The notes beneath the pieces were generated by a model, which did not search any database, had not been told where the DNA came from, and saw nothing but the letters and a program-made list of their open reading frames with translations. Of a DNA stretch of 64,000 nucleotides, positions 8,821-18,142 are shown piece by piece. Source of the DNA: Dehalococcoidales bacterium (GTDB lineage: Bacteria > Chloroflexota > Dehalococcoidia > Dehalococcoidales > UBA2162). The stretch covers positions 368 through 64,367 of the forward strand of contig JAUYHA010000109.1 of assembly GCA_030690265.1 (NCBI GenBank), in the 5' to 3' direction. The position numbers and the translations under genes are program-made. Position 1 is the first letter of the stretch, and every line of letters starts with the position of its first letter.

Positions 8821-10338
8821 TCACGCCTGTTCTCTGGAGACGAGGCTAACGAATGTTTTCCCGATAAATCGCATATCCTGGCTTGAAAAGGCTCTTGACA
8901 TAATGAGTCCGGTACCAAATACAGCTAAGCCGACCAGGGTATCCAGGACTATGCCCCAAGCAGAATCAAACTTTAAATACATCAGCGCCAGCAACATAGC
9001 TGATGCCGATACGGCGACTTTGCTCAAATGCACAAAGTTAAGACTGTAACTGGTGGCTCTTTTCGCCCATAATGTCGAGATGGTCGCCAGTAAGAAATAA
9101 GATGAAAAGTTAGATATGGCTGCCCCGATAATGCCGGTCCGTGGTATCAGAATAATATTCAGAGTAACACTGGTTACACAGGCGGAAGCTGTAACGATGG
9201 GCAAGAGCTTTGCCTTTTTTTCGACCAGTATCAAACTTATGTTGATGTTATAAACTCCCAGAAGAATGGCGCCAAACGCCAAAAGAAAGACGATTTCTTC
9301 CCCTGCCATAAATTCGGAGGTGGTAAGAAGTCTTAATAGAGGTTGAGATATCACTGTTATGCCTATAGCCGCTGGAATAGCCATTGTCAGGAAAAATTTC
9401 ATTGAATTTTGAAGATAGCTCTTTACCTCATCGGGACGGTTTTCTTTTTTAAGTTTCGAAAGCATTGGGAATAGAGCAAAACTGATAGGCATGTAAATAA
9501 GTGAGGTAAGACTGCCAATCATAAAGGAGGATGAATAGATGCCGTTCTCCGATAGTCCCAGAAAATGGGTGATAAAATAGCGGTCACTCATACTGATTAT
9601 CCATAGCAAGGTGATGGCTGGTATCTGAGGCAGGCTGAAAGCAAGGAATTGGCGCAGCCCGAAAAAAGTCAGCACCGGAAAGCCGACCTCTCTGGTTATT
9701 AGTACCAGGATAAATACGGCGAACGCTGCCTGGAGCAAAATCATTCCGGCTATTATTGTCTCCAGGCTCAGTCCGTTGTAGGCAAGACTCAGGATAGCTA
9801 TCATTTTCAAAACGATGAGGCTCACCTGAATAATCGATACTTCTCTTATCCTTGACCGGGCTCGGAGATAAGATATAAAAAAGTTGAAGAGGGCATTAAA
9901 AGAGACCCAGCCTATGAGGAGGGAAACGTAAGAAACATATTCTGGGCTGTTAAACAAAAATATAGAGAGCTGCCTGGCAAAGATAACTCCCCCCGCAGAC
10001 ACTGCTATGGCAAAAAGAGCGATGGCTGAAATCATCGCTCCCAGGGCGCGGCGCCTTTTTTGGCTTTCCTGTTCGCCTGCCAGGAATTTTACTGCCGCCA
10101 GCCCAAGTTGCAGAGATATAATCGGGCTTATCAAATCTACTGTTACGCTCACCTGTATCCATATACCGTATATTTCCGAGGCATAAGATTTGGTTAAAGC
10201 CGGCAGGGTAATAACTCCAAGTATCACCGAGATAAATAATTGCGCCACGCTAAACCAGATAATGTCACTGGCAAATTTGTGATTTTCCTGAGCTGTCTCC
10301 GCTGGCGCTGTAGTTTTGTTTTCGCTTCCGAGTGTCAT
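8821..10338 (-). CDS. Wzx-like oligosaccharide flippase (MOP/polysaccharide biosynthesis protein family)
   Basis: About 12-14 TM helices, 505 aa, in a glycan-locus context. Confidence 0.75.
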   Translation of the reverse strand: MTLGSENKTTAPAETAQENHKFASDIIWFSVAQLFISVILGVITLPALTKSYASEIYGIWIQVSVTVDLISPIISLQLGLAAVKFLAGEQESQKRRRALGAMISAIALFAIAVSAGGVIFARQLSIFLFNSPEYVSYVSLLIGWVSFNALFNFFISYLRARSRIREVSIIQVSLIVLKMIAILSLAYNGLSLETIIAGMILLQAAFAVFILVLITREVGFPVLTFFGLRQFLAFSLPQIPAITLLWIISMSDRYFITHFLGLSENGIYSSSFMIGSLTSLIYMPISFALFPMLSKLKKENRPDEVKSYLQNSMKFFLTMAIPAAIGITVISQPLLRLLTTSEFMAGEEIVFLLAFGAILLGVYNINISLILVEKKAKLLPIVTASACVTSVTLNIILIPRTGIIGAAISNFSSYFLLATISTLWAKRATSYSLNFVHLSKVAVSASAMLLALMYLKFDSAWGIVLDTLVGLAVFGTGLIMSRAFSSQDMRFIGKTFVSLVSREQA

Positions 10339-10381
10339 TTGCGTATATCATCCTGTACATAATTCGGGGTAAATTAAGTCC

Positions 10382-12334
10382 TTATGTTTCTGGCAAAATA
10401 TATATTTGTACGTCATTATCAAAATATATTCTGTTTCCCATAGGCGTTCCGGCTAGAGTATTAAGCTGAGGTGCAAGTGTATCTATGGAATATCTAACCG
10501 GGTAGTAGCGGCCGGTAGTCTCGGGGTAACTGCTGAGAGATTGTTTCCGTTCCAGTTCCGCAGTTCTGAGAATCAGATAACCTCCCGCAATATCCAGAAG
10601 TTCACCATGTCTGATAACAACTCTTTTCGGGAAACTGGTAAAAGAATAAGCATTTCTTGTTGTTACATAATCAGAATAAATCGGCATCTCAGGATCGCCT
10701 TTATTATTAAGAAATGAGAAAGACACCAGTTCGGGCCTGGTAAAATACGGTGAGTCCACCGTACTTGTATGCAGGAAGTAATTCGTATCTTTGGCATTTC
10801 CGATACTAATAACAGAGAAAAAAGTCATTACCACCATCAGAATCGCAGGTAATATGGATGAATATGCTCTCGCATTAGAATTAGAATCGGGGACTGTCTT
10901 GATACGGTAAAGATATTCCATTCCCCATGCCATCAAGAAAACGACAAATGGCGATATCATTAATACGAGTCTGTCCGTTAAAATAATGTCCGAGAACGGG
11001 AATAGGTACAGAAAACCGGGTATATAGACTGCCAGGGCAACGAATCCGGCCAAAGCAAAGGTCCCTGCGGTTTGACCTTTTTTAGTAAAGTAGTCAAAAA
11101 AGAGTTTGAAGCCCAGCAAACACAGGAAGAGAACAAAAGAATAATAAAGGGTCCCCAGCATCACTGAAGGTCCGAATCCATGGGTAAGGGTAAAGCCGCT
11201 CTTGATATTGAGGTCAGTGCGAAGTATGGCGCGTAAGGTCTCAGGCAAATCGTTGCTCAACATACTTGAGGCAATCCAGGTCAGGTACGAAATCGAGCTT
11301 ATGATAAAGAGGTACACAAACCTGAGTTCAATCAGACGCTCCCGCCTGAACTTGTTGATTAAGAACTGGCTGGCATATACCAGGATGAGAACCGGAATCG
11401 CGTATAAAACATTCAAATGATGAGTCATAACCATAGCAGCCAGAATTACAAGCGATAAAGGTAAATAGCGCGGGTCTTTCAGCGCTTTGATAATCAGATA
11501 TAACCAGGCGATGAAAAACACGAAAGCCAGAGACCGCGCTATTGAATAGCTCCCGTAAAAAATAACCTGTGAACTTAGAGCAAAAATGAGACAGGCAATA
11601 CCGGCGAAACGCGACGAGTTGCTTAAATGCCGAAATATAAGAAAGGCAAATATAATGCCGATTTGCCAGGTCAGTCCCATTAGTACAAAGAGAGCCTTTT
11701 CAGTCGGTACACCGGAAAGTTCAACTCCGAGCGCTGTGAATATGTGGTAAAGCGGGTAATACTGATATTCAAGATAATATGTGGCAACATGGCCGGTTTT
11801 CAGGATGGTATCAATCAGGTCCATGTGAACAAGGATGTCCGTATCGCCAAAATAAAGCGGGTATTTCAGGTTTAGTCCCCAAATTAAATTTAAGGACAGG
11901 ATAACAATTTGAAAAATGACCAGACCGTCCGTCCACTTCGCTCTTTGTGATACAACCTGCATCAGTAAAACACCCGAAGAAAGCGAAACAAGAACGAAGT
12001 AAGCCGGAGGGCGGGTAGCACTTGAGATAAGGGCTATAATACTCAAGATGAAAATAAGCATGTTTATTAAAGCTAAATGGCCAAAAGTGAGCTTGCTTGA
12101 ACGGGCAGCCAGGTCATCTGCTCCAACGCTTTTCCCGGTTCCCAGGAGAACGATAGCAGCGAGTATCAATGGTACGACCAGGATTAAACTGAAGAAAGCC
12201 AGGTCGGTTCTTTGTAATAGTATTGTTATGCCAACGCCTAGAAGGGCGAAAAGCAGCAAAAAGTAGGGTAATAAATCCCCAACTCTATTTTTTCTCATAC
12301 CTTTTTCGGTCATTGTCTGCCTCTGTCCAACCAC
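10382..12334 (-). CDS. Large polytopic membrane protein with C-terminal soluble domain; candidate glycan polymerase / GT-C-type transferase
   Basis: 650 aa with more than 12 predicted TM helices followed by an approximately 130-aa soluble tail. No WWDYG motif seen. GTG at 12334; an alternative ATG at 12313 has AGAGG plus 6 nt. Confidence 0.5.
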   Translation of the reverse strand: MVGQRQTMTEKGMRKNRVGDLLPYFLLLFALLGVGITILLQRTDLAFFSLILVVPLILAAIVLLGTGKSVGADDLAARSSKLTFGHLALINMLIFILSIIALISSATRPPAYFVLVSLSSGVLLMQVVSQRAKWTDGLVIFQIVILSLNLIWGLNLKYPLYFGDTDILVHMDLIDTILKTGHVATYYLEYQYYPLYHIFTALGVELSGVPTEKALFVLMGLTWQIGIIFAFLIFRHLSNSSRFAGIACLIFALSSQVIFYGSYSIARSLAFVFFIAWLYLIIKALKDPRYLPLSLVILAAMVMTHHLNVLYAIPVLILVYASQFLINKFRRERLIELRFVYLFIISSISYLTWIASSMLSNDLPETLRAILRTDLNIKSGFTLTHGFGPSVMLGTLYYSFVLFLCLLGFKLFFDYFTKKGQTAGTFALAGFVALAVYIPGFLYLFPFSDIILTDRLVLMISPFVVFLMAWGMEYLYRIKTVPDSNSNARAYSSILPAILMVVMTFFSVISIGNAKDTNYFLHTSTVDSPYFTRPELVSFSFLNNKGDPEMPIYSDYVTTRNAYSFTSFPKRVVIRHGELLDIAGGYLILRTAELERKQSLSSYPETTGRYYPVRYSIDTLAPQLNTLAGTPMGNRIYFDNDVQIYILPET

Positions 12335-12339
12335 TAATA

Positions 12340-13422
12340 TTATCCAGAAAGAGCCGCCTCTTCTTTATCAATAATCTGAGCAATCTTTTTACAGGCGCCC
12401 GTACCAAAATAATTGAAATACTTATTGCTTAGCTCATTACTCCGTGCCGTTTTAATAATTTTGTTCACGTCAGTTCCCACCAGAATATTCCACCCATCTT
12501 CTACCGTTTCGACCCATTCCGTATTCTCCCTGAAGGTAATGCACGGGACGCGAAGAATGTAGGCTTCTTTCTGAACGCCACCTGAGTCTGTCAGTATTTT
12601 TTTCGCATGATTCATGAGCTTCAGGAATTCGAAATAACCTTGAGGTTCCAGCAGTCTGCATCTCTCTCTCAGCCCGTCATATAGCCTGAAATCCTTTAAT
12701 ATTTTTTCTGTCCGGGGATGAACGGGAAATACAATATTTTCGCCCATCTCACCAAGTGCCTTGAGAGCTGTAACGATATTTTCCAAACTCTGCCTGTTAT
12801 CTGTATTGAATGACCGGTGTACCGTAACTAACAAGTATTGCCTGTCGGTTAGTCCGAGGTTCTCCAGTATGTATGATTTCTCGGCTATCTCTTTGCTCAG
12901 GTTTAGTTCATCTACCATAACGTCCCCCGTCAAATAGACGCCTCTGGTAATGTTCTCCCTTCTAAGATTAAGTACTGCGGTTTGGGTCGGGCAAAAGAGA
13001 AGGTCTGAACAATAGTCAGCCACAACGCGGTTGACCTCTTCAACAGTTGACTTATCAAAACCTCTTAATCCAGCCTCAACATGGGCTGCTTTAATATGCA
13101 GCTGCACCGCTGCCAGTGCCCCCGCCAGAGTCGAGTTTGTATCACCGTAAAGCATAATCATGTCCGGATTGTGTGCTCTAAATATGTCCGAGATGCCTTT
13201 CAGCATTTCAGCAACCTGAAAATCGTGTGTGCCTGAGCCTACTCCGAGGTTGTAGTCAGGTTCCGAGATACCTAATTGTTCAAAAAAAACGCTGTTCATC
13301 TGGTAGTCATAATGCTGACCGGTATGAATCAATATATCTGAATGAGCTTTCTGAAGCTCCTTTGATAAAGCTCCATATTTAATAAACTGCGGCCTTGTCC
13401 CGATTATTGAAGCTATTTTCAT
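12340..13422 (-). CDS. wecB: UDP-N-acetylglucosamine (or UDP-GlcNAc3NAcA) 2-epimerase, non-hydrolysing (WecB/WbpI family)
   Basis: MKIASIIGTRPQFIK, HTGQHYD, and DSGG(V)QKEA motifs. Confidence 0.9.
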   Translation of the reverse strand: MKIASIIGTRPQFIKYGALSKELQKAHSDILIHTGQHYDYQMNSVFFEQLGISEPDYNLGVGSGTHDFQVAEMLKGISDIFRAHNPDMIMLYGDTNSTLAGALAAVQLHIKAAHVEAGLRGFDKSTVEEVNRVVADYCSDLLFCPTQTAVLNLRRENITRGVYLTGDVMVDELNLSKEIAEKSYILENLGLTDRQYLLVTVHRSFNTDNRQSLENIVTALKALGEMGENIVFPVHPRTEKILKDFRLYDGLRERCRLLEPQGYFEFLKLMNHAKKILTDSGGVQKEAYILRVPCITFRENTEWVETVEDGWNILVGTDVNKIIKTARSNELSNKYFNYFGTGACKKIAQIIDKEEAALSG

Positions 13423-14507
13423 GATTTAACCCCAATCTGCTGGTAATTGAGCCCTGTTTCTTGATACTCGCGGAGACTTTCAGGAAAATTTTGTATGAAG
13501 TCCACCATAAAACGAGTTAAATCTATTTTTTCCTCGAGTAGTCTTAATCTCTTCTGAGCCCATACCTCTTTTAAGTCCGCCTTCTTTATAAGTTCCATAG
13601 CTTTCCGAATAGCTTGTCCCGGCTCACGCAGGGAATAAATCAGGTCATACTTCTGTTCCAATTCAATAAAATTACTCATATCGTTAGGGCCAACAAAACT
13701 ATTACTGCGAACTGCCGGTGTGCCCAGGATGGCTGCTTCGGTTGCCATAGTCTGGGTATCTGTAACTAATAATTGGGCATAATGAAGAGCGTGGTGTATC
13801 CGGTTATACGGAATAACCAGCCGATATTTTTCAAGCTCCTCCGGCAAAGCACCTTCCGGTGAAATAAAAACGCGACTGTATTTCTCCAGTTCTTTCACCA
13901 GCTCAAACTGGTCAGAAACCGAAAAGCCGCGCTCCCCTATATCATGAACGGCATCCCACACGTTAATTCTTACGATGGAATATTTTTCTCCCTTTTCTAT
14001 TCCCAGTTCATCGAATATGGTTACATCCGGCTCGAAATACTTAGGGTGGAGATAGGCTAACTCCTTGTAACTGTTCACAAGGACGTGTTTTTCCCCGAGC
14101 CCTTGTTTAAAGTTGTCAGGGCTTATTACGGCATTTGCCAGCAGACCGGTCACACTATTCTGGAAGTGTGTCGGCTCATCATCTATGAATACGATGCAGG
14201 GTGTCCCAAGACGTGTGGCTGTTATAGCTGCATCCAGACCAAAACCGGTTACCATTGTCGGCTCAAATCCTTGAGATAACCGGTAACATTTTTGCAGGTG
14301 GCCCAGCACTCCGAAAAGACGGGAAGAGCGGGCACCGAATGGCTTAAAAACATCACATTGAAAACCTGATTCCTCAAGGATTTTAGGTGTCGACCCGTAG
14401 TCTCTGGCGATTACTTTAATAACGCTGCCATTGAAGCGGAACTCTTTTAAGATATTTTTCCAGGTATGGGCTTGAGCAGGGGTATTAATTATCGATAGCA
14501 GTTTCAT
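13419..14507 (-). CDS. DUF354-family protein (copy 1)
   Basis: N-terminus with a ...HTWKNILKEF...VIARD pattern like DUF354. Shares SYKELAYLHPKYFEPDVTIFDEL with the next gene. Confidence 0.6.
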   Translation of the reverse strand: MKLLSIINTPAQAHTWKNILKEFRFNGSVIKVIARDYGSTPKILEESGFQCDVFKPFGARSSRLFGVLGHLQKCYRLSQGFEPTMVTGFGLDAAITATRLGTPCIVFIDDEPTHFQNSVTGLLANAVISPDNFKQGLGEKHVLVNSYKELAYLHPKYFEPDVTIFDELGIEKGEKYSIVRINVWDAVHDIGERGFSVSDQFELVKELEKYSRVFISPEGALPEELEKYRLVIPYNRIHHALHYAQLLVTDTQTMATEAAILGTPAVRSNSFVGPNDMSNFIELEQKYDLIYSLREPGQAIRKAMELIKKADLKEVWAQKRLRLLEEKIDLTRFMVDFIQNFPESLREYQETGLNYQQIGVKS

Positions 14508-15578
14508 TTATTTCTCTCCCGCAGTATTTTGTAGTACGTGGCTACGGCTGCTGGCAAAGCCGCCGTAATTCTCAACAAAATCAGCCAGAAAAAGGCAAAT
14601 ATCGATTTTTTCAGCCAGCATCTTTCTTCGTCTTTTTGCCCAGTCGTCTTTCAAATCGGGTTGTTTAATTAGCTCAAGAGCCTTATTAATAGCCAGACCC
14701 AGGTTGCGATAGCAAAACAGCAGACCGTAATTATTCAGGTCTTCGATATTGCCTGAATCAAATACGTTTTCATTGACTAATATGGACGGCGTACTCAGGA
14801 CAGCCGCTTCGACCGCTGAAGTTCTGGTATCTCCTACCAGCATTTGGGCGTAATAAAGGGCATGGTGGAATCTTGTATAAGGAATCGAGAGCCGATATTT
14901 TTCGAGCGGTGCGGGCAGCGGACCTTCCAGTGAGATAAAGACATGAGCATATTCACCCAATCTACTAACCAGCTTGAATTCATCGGAATACAGAAAGCCG
15001 ATACTCCCGAAATTATGCCGTGTGTTCCATTTGCTAAGACACAAAATAATGTATTTTTCTCCTCTGGCTATTTTTAACTCATCAAATATGGTAATATCCG
15101 GCCTAAAATAGTTAGGATGCAAATAAGCCAGTTCTTTATAACTCCTTATGCGGGTTTGCTTTTTACCCAGTTCCCCCTTAAAAACGTCAGGAGTTAGTAT
15201 TGCGGTTCCGAGTAGAGATGCTAATCGATTCCGAAACCGGCTATGCTCGTCATCAATAAATAGGATAGCCGGCTTTTTCAATCTGGCCGCCGTGATTGCT
15301 GCGTCTAACCCGGAGCCAATAAACATTGTTGGGGAAAACAGGCGGGATAGACTATCGCACCTGTTAAGATGCTCCAGCCCACCAAATAGACCAAAATGGT
15401 CTGAATTGTCAGCCTCTGAGAGGTCAAATTGAAACCCGCATTCATGCAGAATTGCCGGGGTAAACCCGCAGTCTCTGGCGATAAGCTTGACCTGGTGCCC
15501 TCTGTTCCCTAGTTCAGGGATAACATGCTTCCAGGTATATGACTCTGTTTCATTATCAATTATGAAGATTAATCTCAT
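14508..15578 (-). CDS. DUF354-family protein (copy 2, tandem paralogue)
   Basis: Collinear similarity to 13419..14507 (SYKELAYLHPNYFRPDITIFDEL, RLSIPYTRFHHALYYAQ). Zero-nt gap to copy 1. Confidence 0.6.
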   Translation of the reverse strand: MRLIFIIDNETESYTWKHVIPELGNRGHQVKLIARDCGFTPAILHECGFQFDLSEADNSDHFGLFGGLEHLNRCDSLSRLFSPTMFIGSGLDAAITAARLKKPAILFIDDEHSRFRNRLASLLGTAILTPDVFKGELGKKQTRIRSYKELAYLHPNYFRPDITIFDELKIARGEKYIILCLSKWNTRHNFGSIGFLYSDEFKLVSRLGEYAHVFISLEGPLPAPLEKYRLSIPYTRFHHALYYAQMLVGDTRTSAVEAAVLSTPSILVNENVFDSGNIEDLNNYGLLFCYRNLGLAINKALELIKQPDLKDDWAKRRRKMLAEKIDICLFLADFVENYGGFASSRSHVLQNTAGEK

Positions 15579-16401
15579 TATTCATTACCTTCCGAAAGGT
15601 AAATATAGCCACTTTGCCCCAGCTAAAAGCCGTATCAAGCAAATAACGCCCCAAAAACCCAGGCACATCTGCGCTCCAGCGTTCCGGATGAGTCAGAATG
15701 CAAATATTCGGCAAGGCTCCCTCTTTAACTATCTTGATGACATCATCCGTTCTAACGGGTCTCACTTGTTCAAAAGCGGTTGTGACCGAATCTTTCCCCG
15801 GCATTTTCTGGCTTTCGTTTTTTTGCCAGGTCCTCCCGCTGTCCGAAAAATAGGCGAACTGATTGAAGTCCAGGGACAAAAATGCTTCGCCGAGCAGTCC
15901 AAAGTCCGAAAGTCTTGCTGTCTTCCAGATATCTTTATTATCGTAACCCGTCAATGGATTGCCATGGGCGCAAACAGTACTGACTTTATATCTACCCTTG
16001 AAAGCTTTTAGTTCTTGCTCAAAAAGCATAATGGCGTCCTCGAAATGTCCTTTACATTTATCGATGGTCTCGTAATGGTAGCCTATTTCATGCCCTGATA
16101 AAGCAATCGCATCCAGTATCTCAGGCACGAAGGTACTTTTTCTGTCCCGAAAATAATATGTTGCCTTAATCCCGTGTCTTTGCTCTACCTGCGCCGTGCC
16201 AAGAGCCCGCCCTGGCATTCTGTCGACATCATGCCTCATAATCAAATACTTACCATCAGCTTGATGCCCTCTTTCCAGATAATCAGCAAGGGTAATTGCC
16301 GTATAACTGGATTTAACAATTGCTTTACAGAGCTCCTCGTATTTACAGAGAGTAAAATCAAAATTAGAAAGCAGTCCGTTTGGTAAATCATTTGATTTCA
16401 A
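15556..16401 (-). CDS. Putative polysaccharide deacetylase-like (glycoside hydrolase/deacetylase beta/alpha-barrel) protein
   Basis: The IMRHDVD...ATYYFR...HEIGYHYE pattern resembles divergent CE4-like deacetylases found in glycan loci. Confidence 0.45.
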   Translation of the reverse strand: MKSNDLPNGLLSNFDFTLCKYEELCKAIVKSSYTAITLADYLERGHQADGKYLIMRHDVDRMPGRALGTAQVEQRHGIKATYYFRDRKSTFVPEILDAIALSGHEIGYHYETIDKCKGHFEDAIMLFEQELKAFKGRYKVSTVCAHGNPLTGYDNKDIWKTARLSDFGLLGEAFLSLDFNQFAYFSDSGRTWQKNESQKMPGKDSVTTAFEQVRPVRTDDVIKIVKEGALPNICILTHPERWSADVPGFLGRYLLDTAFSWGKVAIFTFRKVMNNEINLHN

Positions 16402-17176
16402 TTTCGTTCTCCGCTAATTCGTCATCAGGATTTCTATCTCTATGATTAACCAGGTATTTCACCCAGATACGCCAGAAGGTATCCTTGAACAGGACCCAAC
16501 TTGTCCTCACAATAAAACCCGGATATCTTATTTTTGAGTTTTGCCCGCGGTAGATAGCCGGATGCTGAATATCTATAACTCTTGCTCCTGCGGCATTGAG
16601 TTTGACCAGCATATCATTTTCAAAAGCGAAGCCGTGTTCAATTTTATCCATATCCAGTTTCCGTAATGTGTTTGCGGAAATGGCGGTATAGCCATTCTGG
16701 GGGTCAGAGATATTCCAGTATCCCGAAGCAACCCTGGTAAGATTGGTCAACAGAAAATTGCCCACAATGCGCCCCATGGGCATTTCTTTAATATCCTGGT
16801 GGTTGGACAGGCGGTTTCCTTTGACATAATCGGCCTTGCCATTTATGATTGGCTCGATAAATCGATTCAGATGTGCCGGATCCATCTGTCCATCTCCTGC
16901 CATTACCACCATTACATCTATCCCGTCTTTCAAAGCCTCAGAGTGACCGGTGAAAATAGCCGCTCCGACCCCACCTCTGGCTTGACGATTGATTAGAGCC
17001 AGCTTACTATTCCGAACCACTTCTCCTGAGACCAGCTCGAGTGTCCTGTCAGTACTGGCGTCATTGACAACGTAAATTCTGTCGACATAGTCAGGCATAC
17101 TACCGACCACGCCTAATATGAAATTCTCCTCGTTATGGGCTGGGACAATTACCCCTATTTTTCTCTTGAAATACAT
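16388..17176 (-). CDS. Family-2 glycosyltransferase (polyprenyl-phosphate sugar transferase-like)
   Basis: IGVIVPAHNEE...VVNDASTDRT...MAGDGQMDP motifs. Confidence 0.85.
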   Translation of the reverse strand: MYFKRKIGVIVPAHNEENFILGVVGSMPDYVDRIYVVNDASTDRTLELVSGEVVRNSKLALINRQARGGVGAAIFTGHSEALKDGIDVMVVMAGDGQMDPAHLNRFIEPIINGKADYVKGNRLSNHQDIKEMPMGRIVGNFLLTNLTRVASGYWNISDPQNGYTAISANTLRKLDMDKIEHGFAFENDMLVKLNAAGARVIDIQHPAIYRGQNSKIRYPGFIVRTSWVLFKDTFWRIWVKYLVNHRDRNPDDELAENEIEIK

Positions 17177-17188
17177 AATTTCTCCGGT

Positions 17189-18142
17189 TCAAATAGAGAC
17201 GATGCTCCTTGTGGGATTTTTTGCCAATTCGTAAAGCGTGCGATAATTATTCTGGCTTGATTCGAGAGATATCCTGAGAACTTCTTTACCTTCTACCCCG
17301 TCAACCAGCGGTTTTCTTTTTTCATCAATACTGTTTAAAAAATCCTGGAGCTCAATCTTTAACGGTTCCTCTTTTTTAATATTGATTATCTTGGTTAAAT
17401 CAGGGTATTGTATTAGCAGGCTTTGTTCGATATAGTTCAGGTAGGCAACGCCTTCGCTGCCGGTAGCCACCAGCGTACGTGCTTTTTGAGGGGTGAACCA
17501 GTTAACTTCAATACAAGCAGTGGTACCGCCAAAATCCAGCACAACGACGGCGTAATCCTCTTTTATATGCCTTTCGCTGCCAACCCGGGAAAAAACGCTG
17601 AGCGGTTCCCTGCCTACCAGATATTTAACTACTCCGATATCATGAATCGCTGTATCAATTACGGCACCAACATCAGAAATTCGCGAAACAAACGGGCAGA
17701 CGCGTCGCGTGGAGATAATCAACAGGTCACCAAGGAGGCCTTCATTGATGATTTGTTTCAGCTTTATTGTGGCCGGGTTATATTGCTCAATATGGCCCAC
17801 CGCCAGGTTAGCATGGCTCTTTTCGGCCGCGCCTATCATTTCTTCAGCTTGCTCCACTGTGAAGGCAATCGGCTTTTCTACCAGACAATGAACTGAGCGG
17901 GCAAGAAAATCCATTGCTATGGCATGATGTTGAATGGTAGGAACGGCAATACTGACTGCCTGCACCTTCTCCAACAACTCGTGGTAATCAGAGTAATACC
18001 TGGTTTTATACTTTTGGCCGATTTCTCTGGCCCGTTCAAGATTGACATCAGCTACTCCCGCCAGATAACAATCGAGTTGAGAATATAGGCGGGCATGATG
18101 CTGCCCCATGGCACCGAGTCCAACTACGCCCACGGAAATCAT
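17189..18142 (-). CDS. Gfo/Idh/MocA NAD-dependent oxidoreductase (WbpB-like sugar 3-dehydrogenase candidate)
   Basis: N-terminal Rossmann motif VGVVGLGAMGQHH and an EKP motif. Zero-nt gap to the upstream fused gene. Confidence 0.8.
   Translation of the reverse strand: MISVGVVGLGAMGQHHARLYSQLDCYLAGVADVNLERAREIGQKYKTRYYSDYHELLEKVQAVSIAVPTIQHHAIAMDFLARSVHCLVEKPIAFTVEQAEEMIGAAEKSHANLAVGHIEQYNPATIKLKQIINEGLLGDLLIISTRRVCPFVSRISDVGAVIDTAIHDIGVVKYLVGREPLSVFSRVGSERHIKEDYAVVVLDFGGTTACIEVNWFTPQKARTLVATGSEGVAYLNYIEQSLLIQYPDLTKIINIKKEEPLKIELQDFLNSIDEKRKPLVDGVEGKEVLRISLESSQNNYRTLYELAKNPTRSIVSI

Noticed and set aside
17423-17896. Long antisense ORFs in the track. Examples: 17423-17896, 27389-27814, 37565-38029, 44653-45102, 45220-45618, 46043-46378, 46936-47289, 49075-49530, 15487-16011
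   Set aside because: Each lies entirely opposite a confidently identified gene. They have low-complexity or Arg/Ser/Pro-rich composition, no SD site and no recognisable family, so they are typical shadow ORFs.
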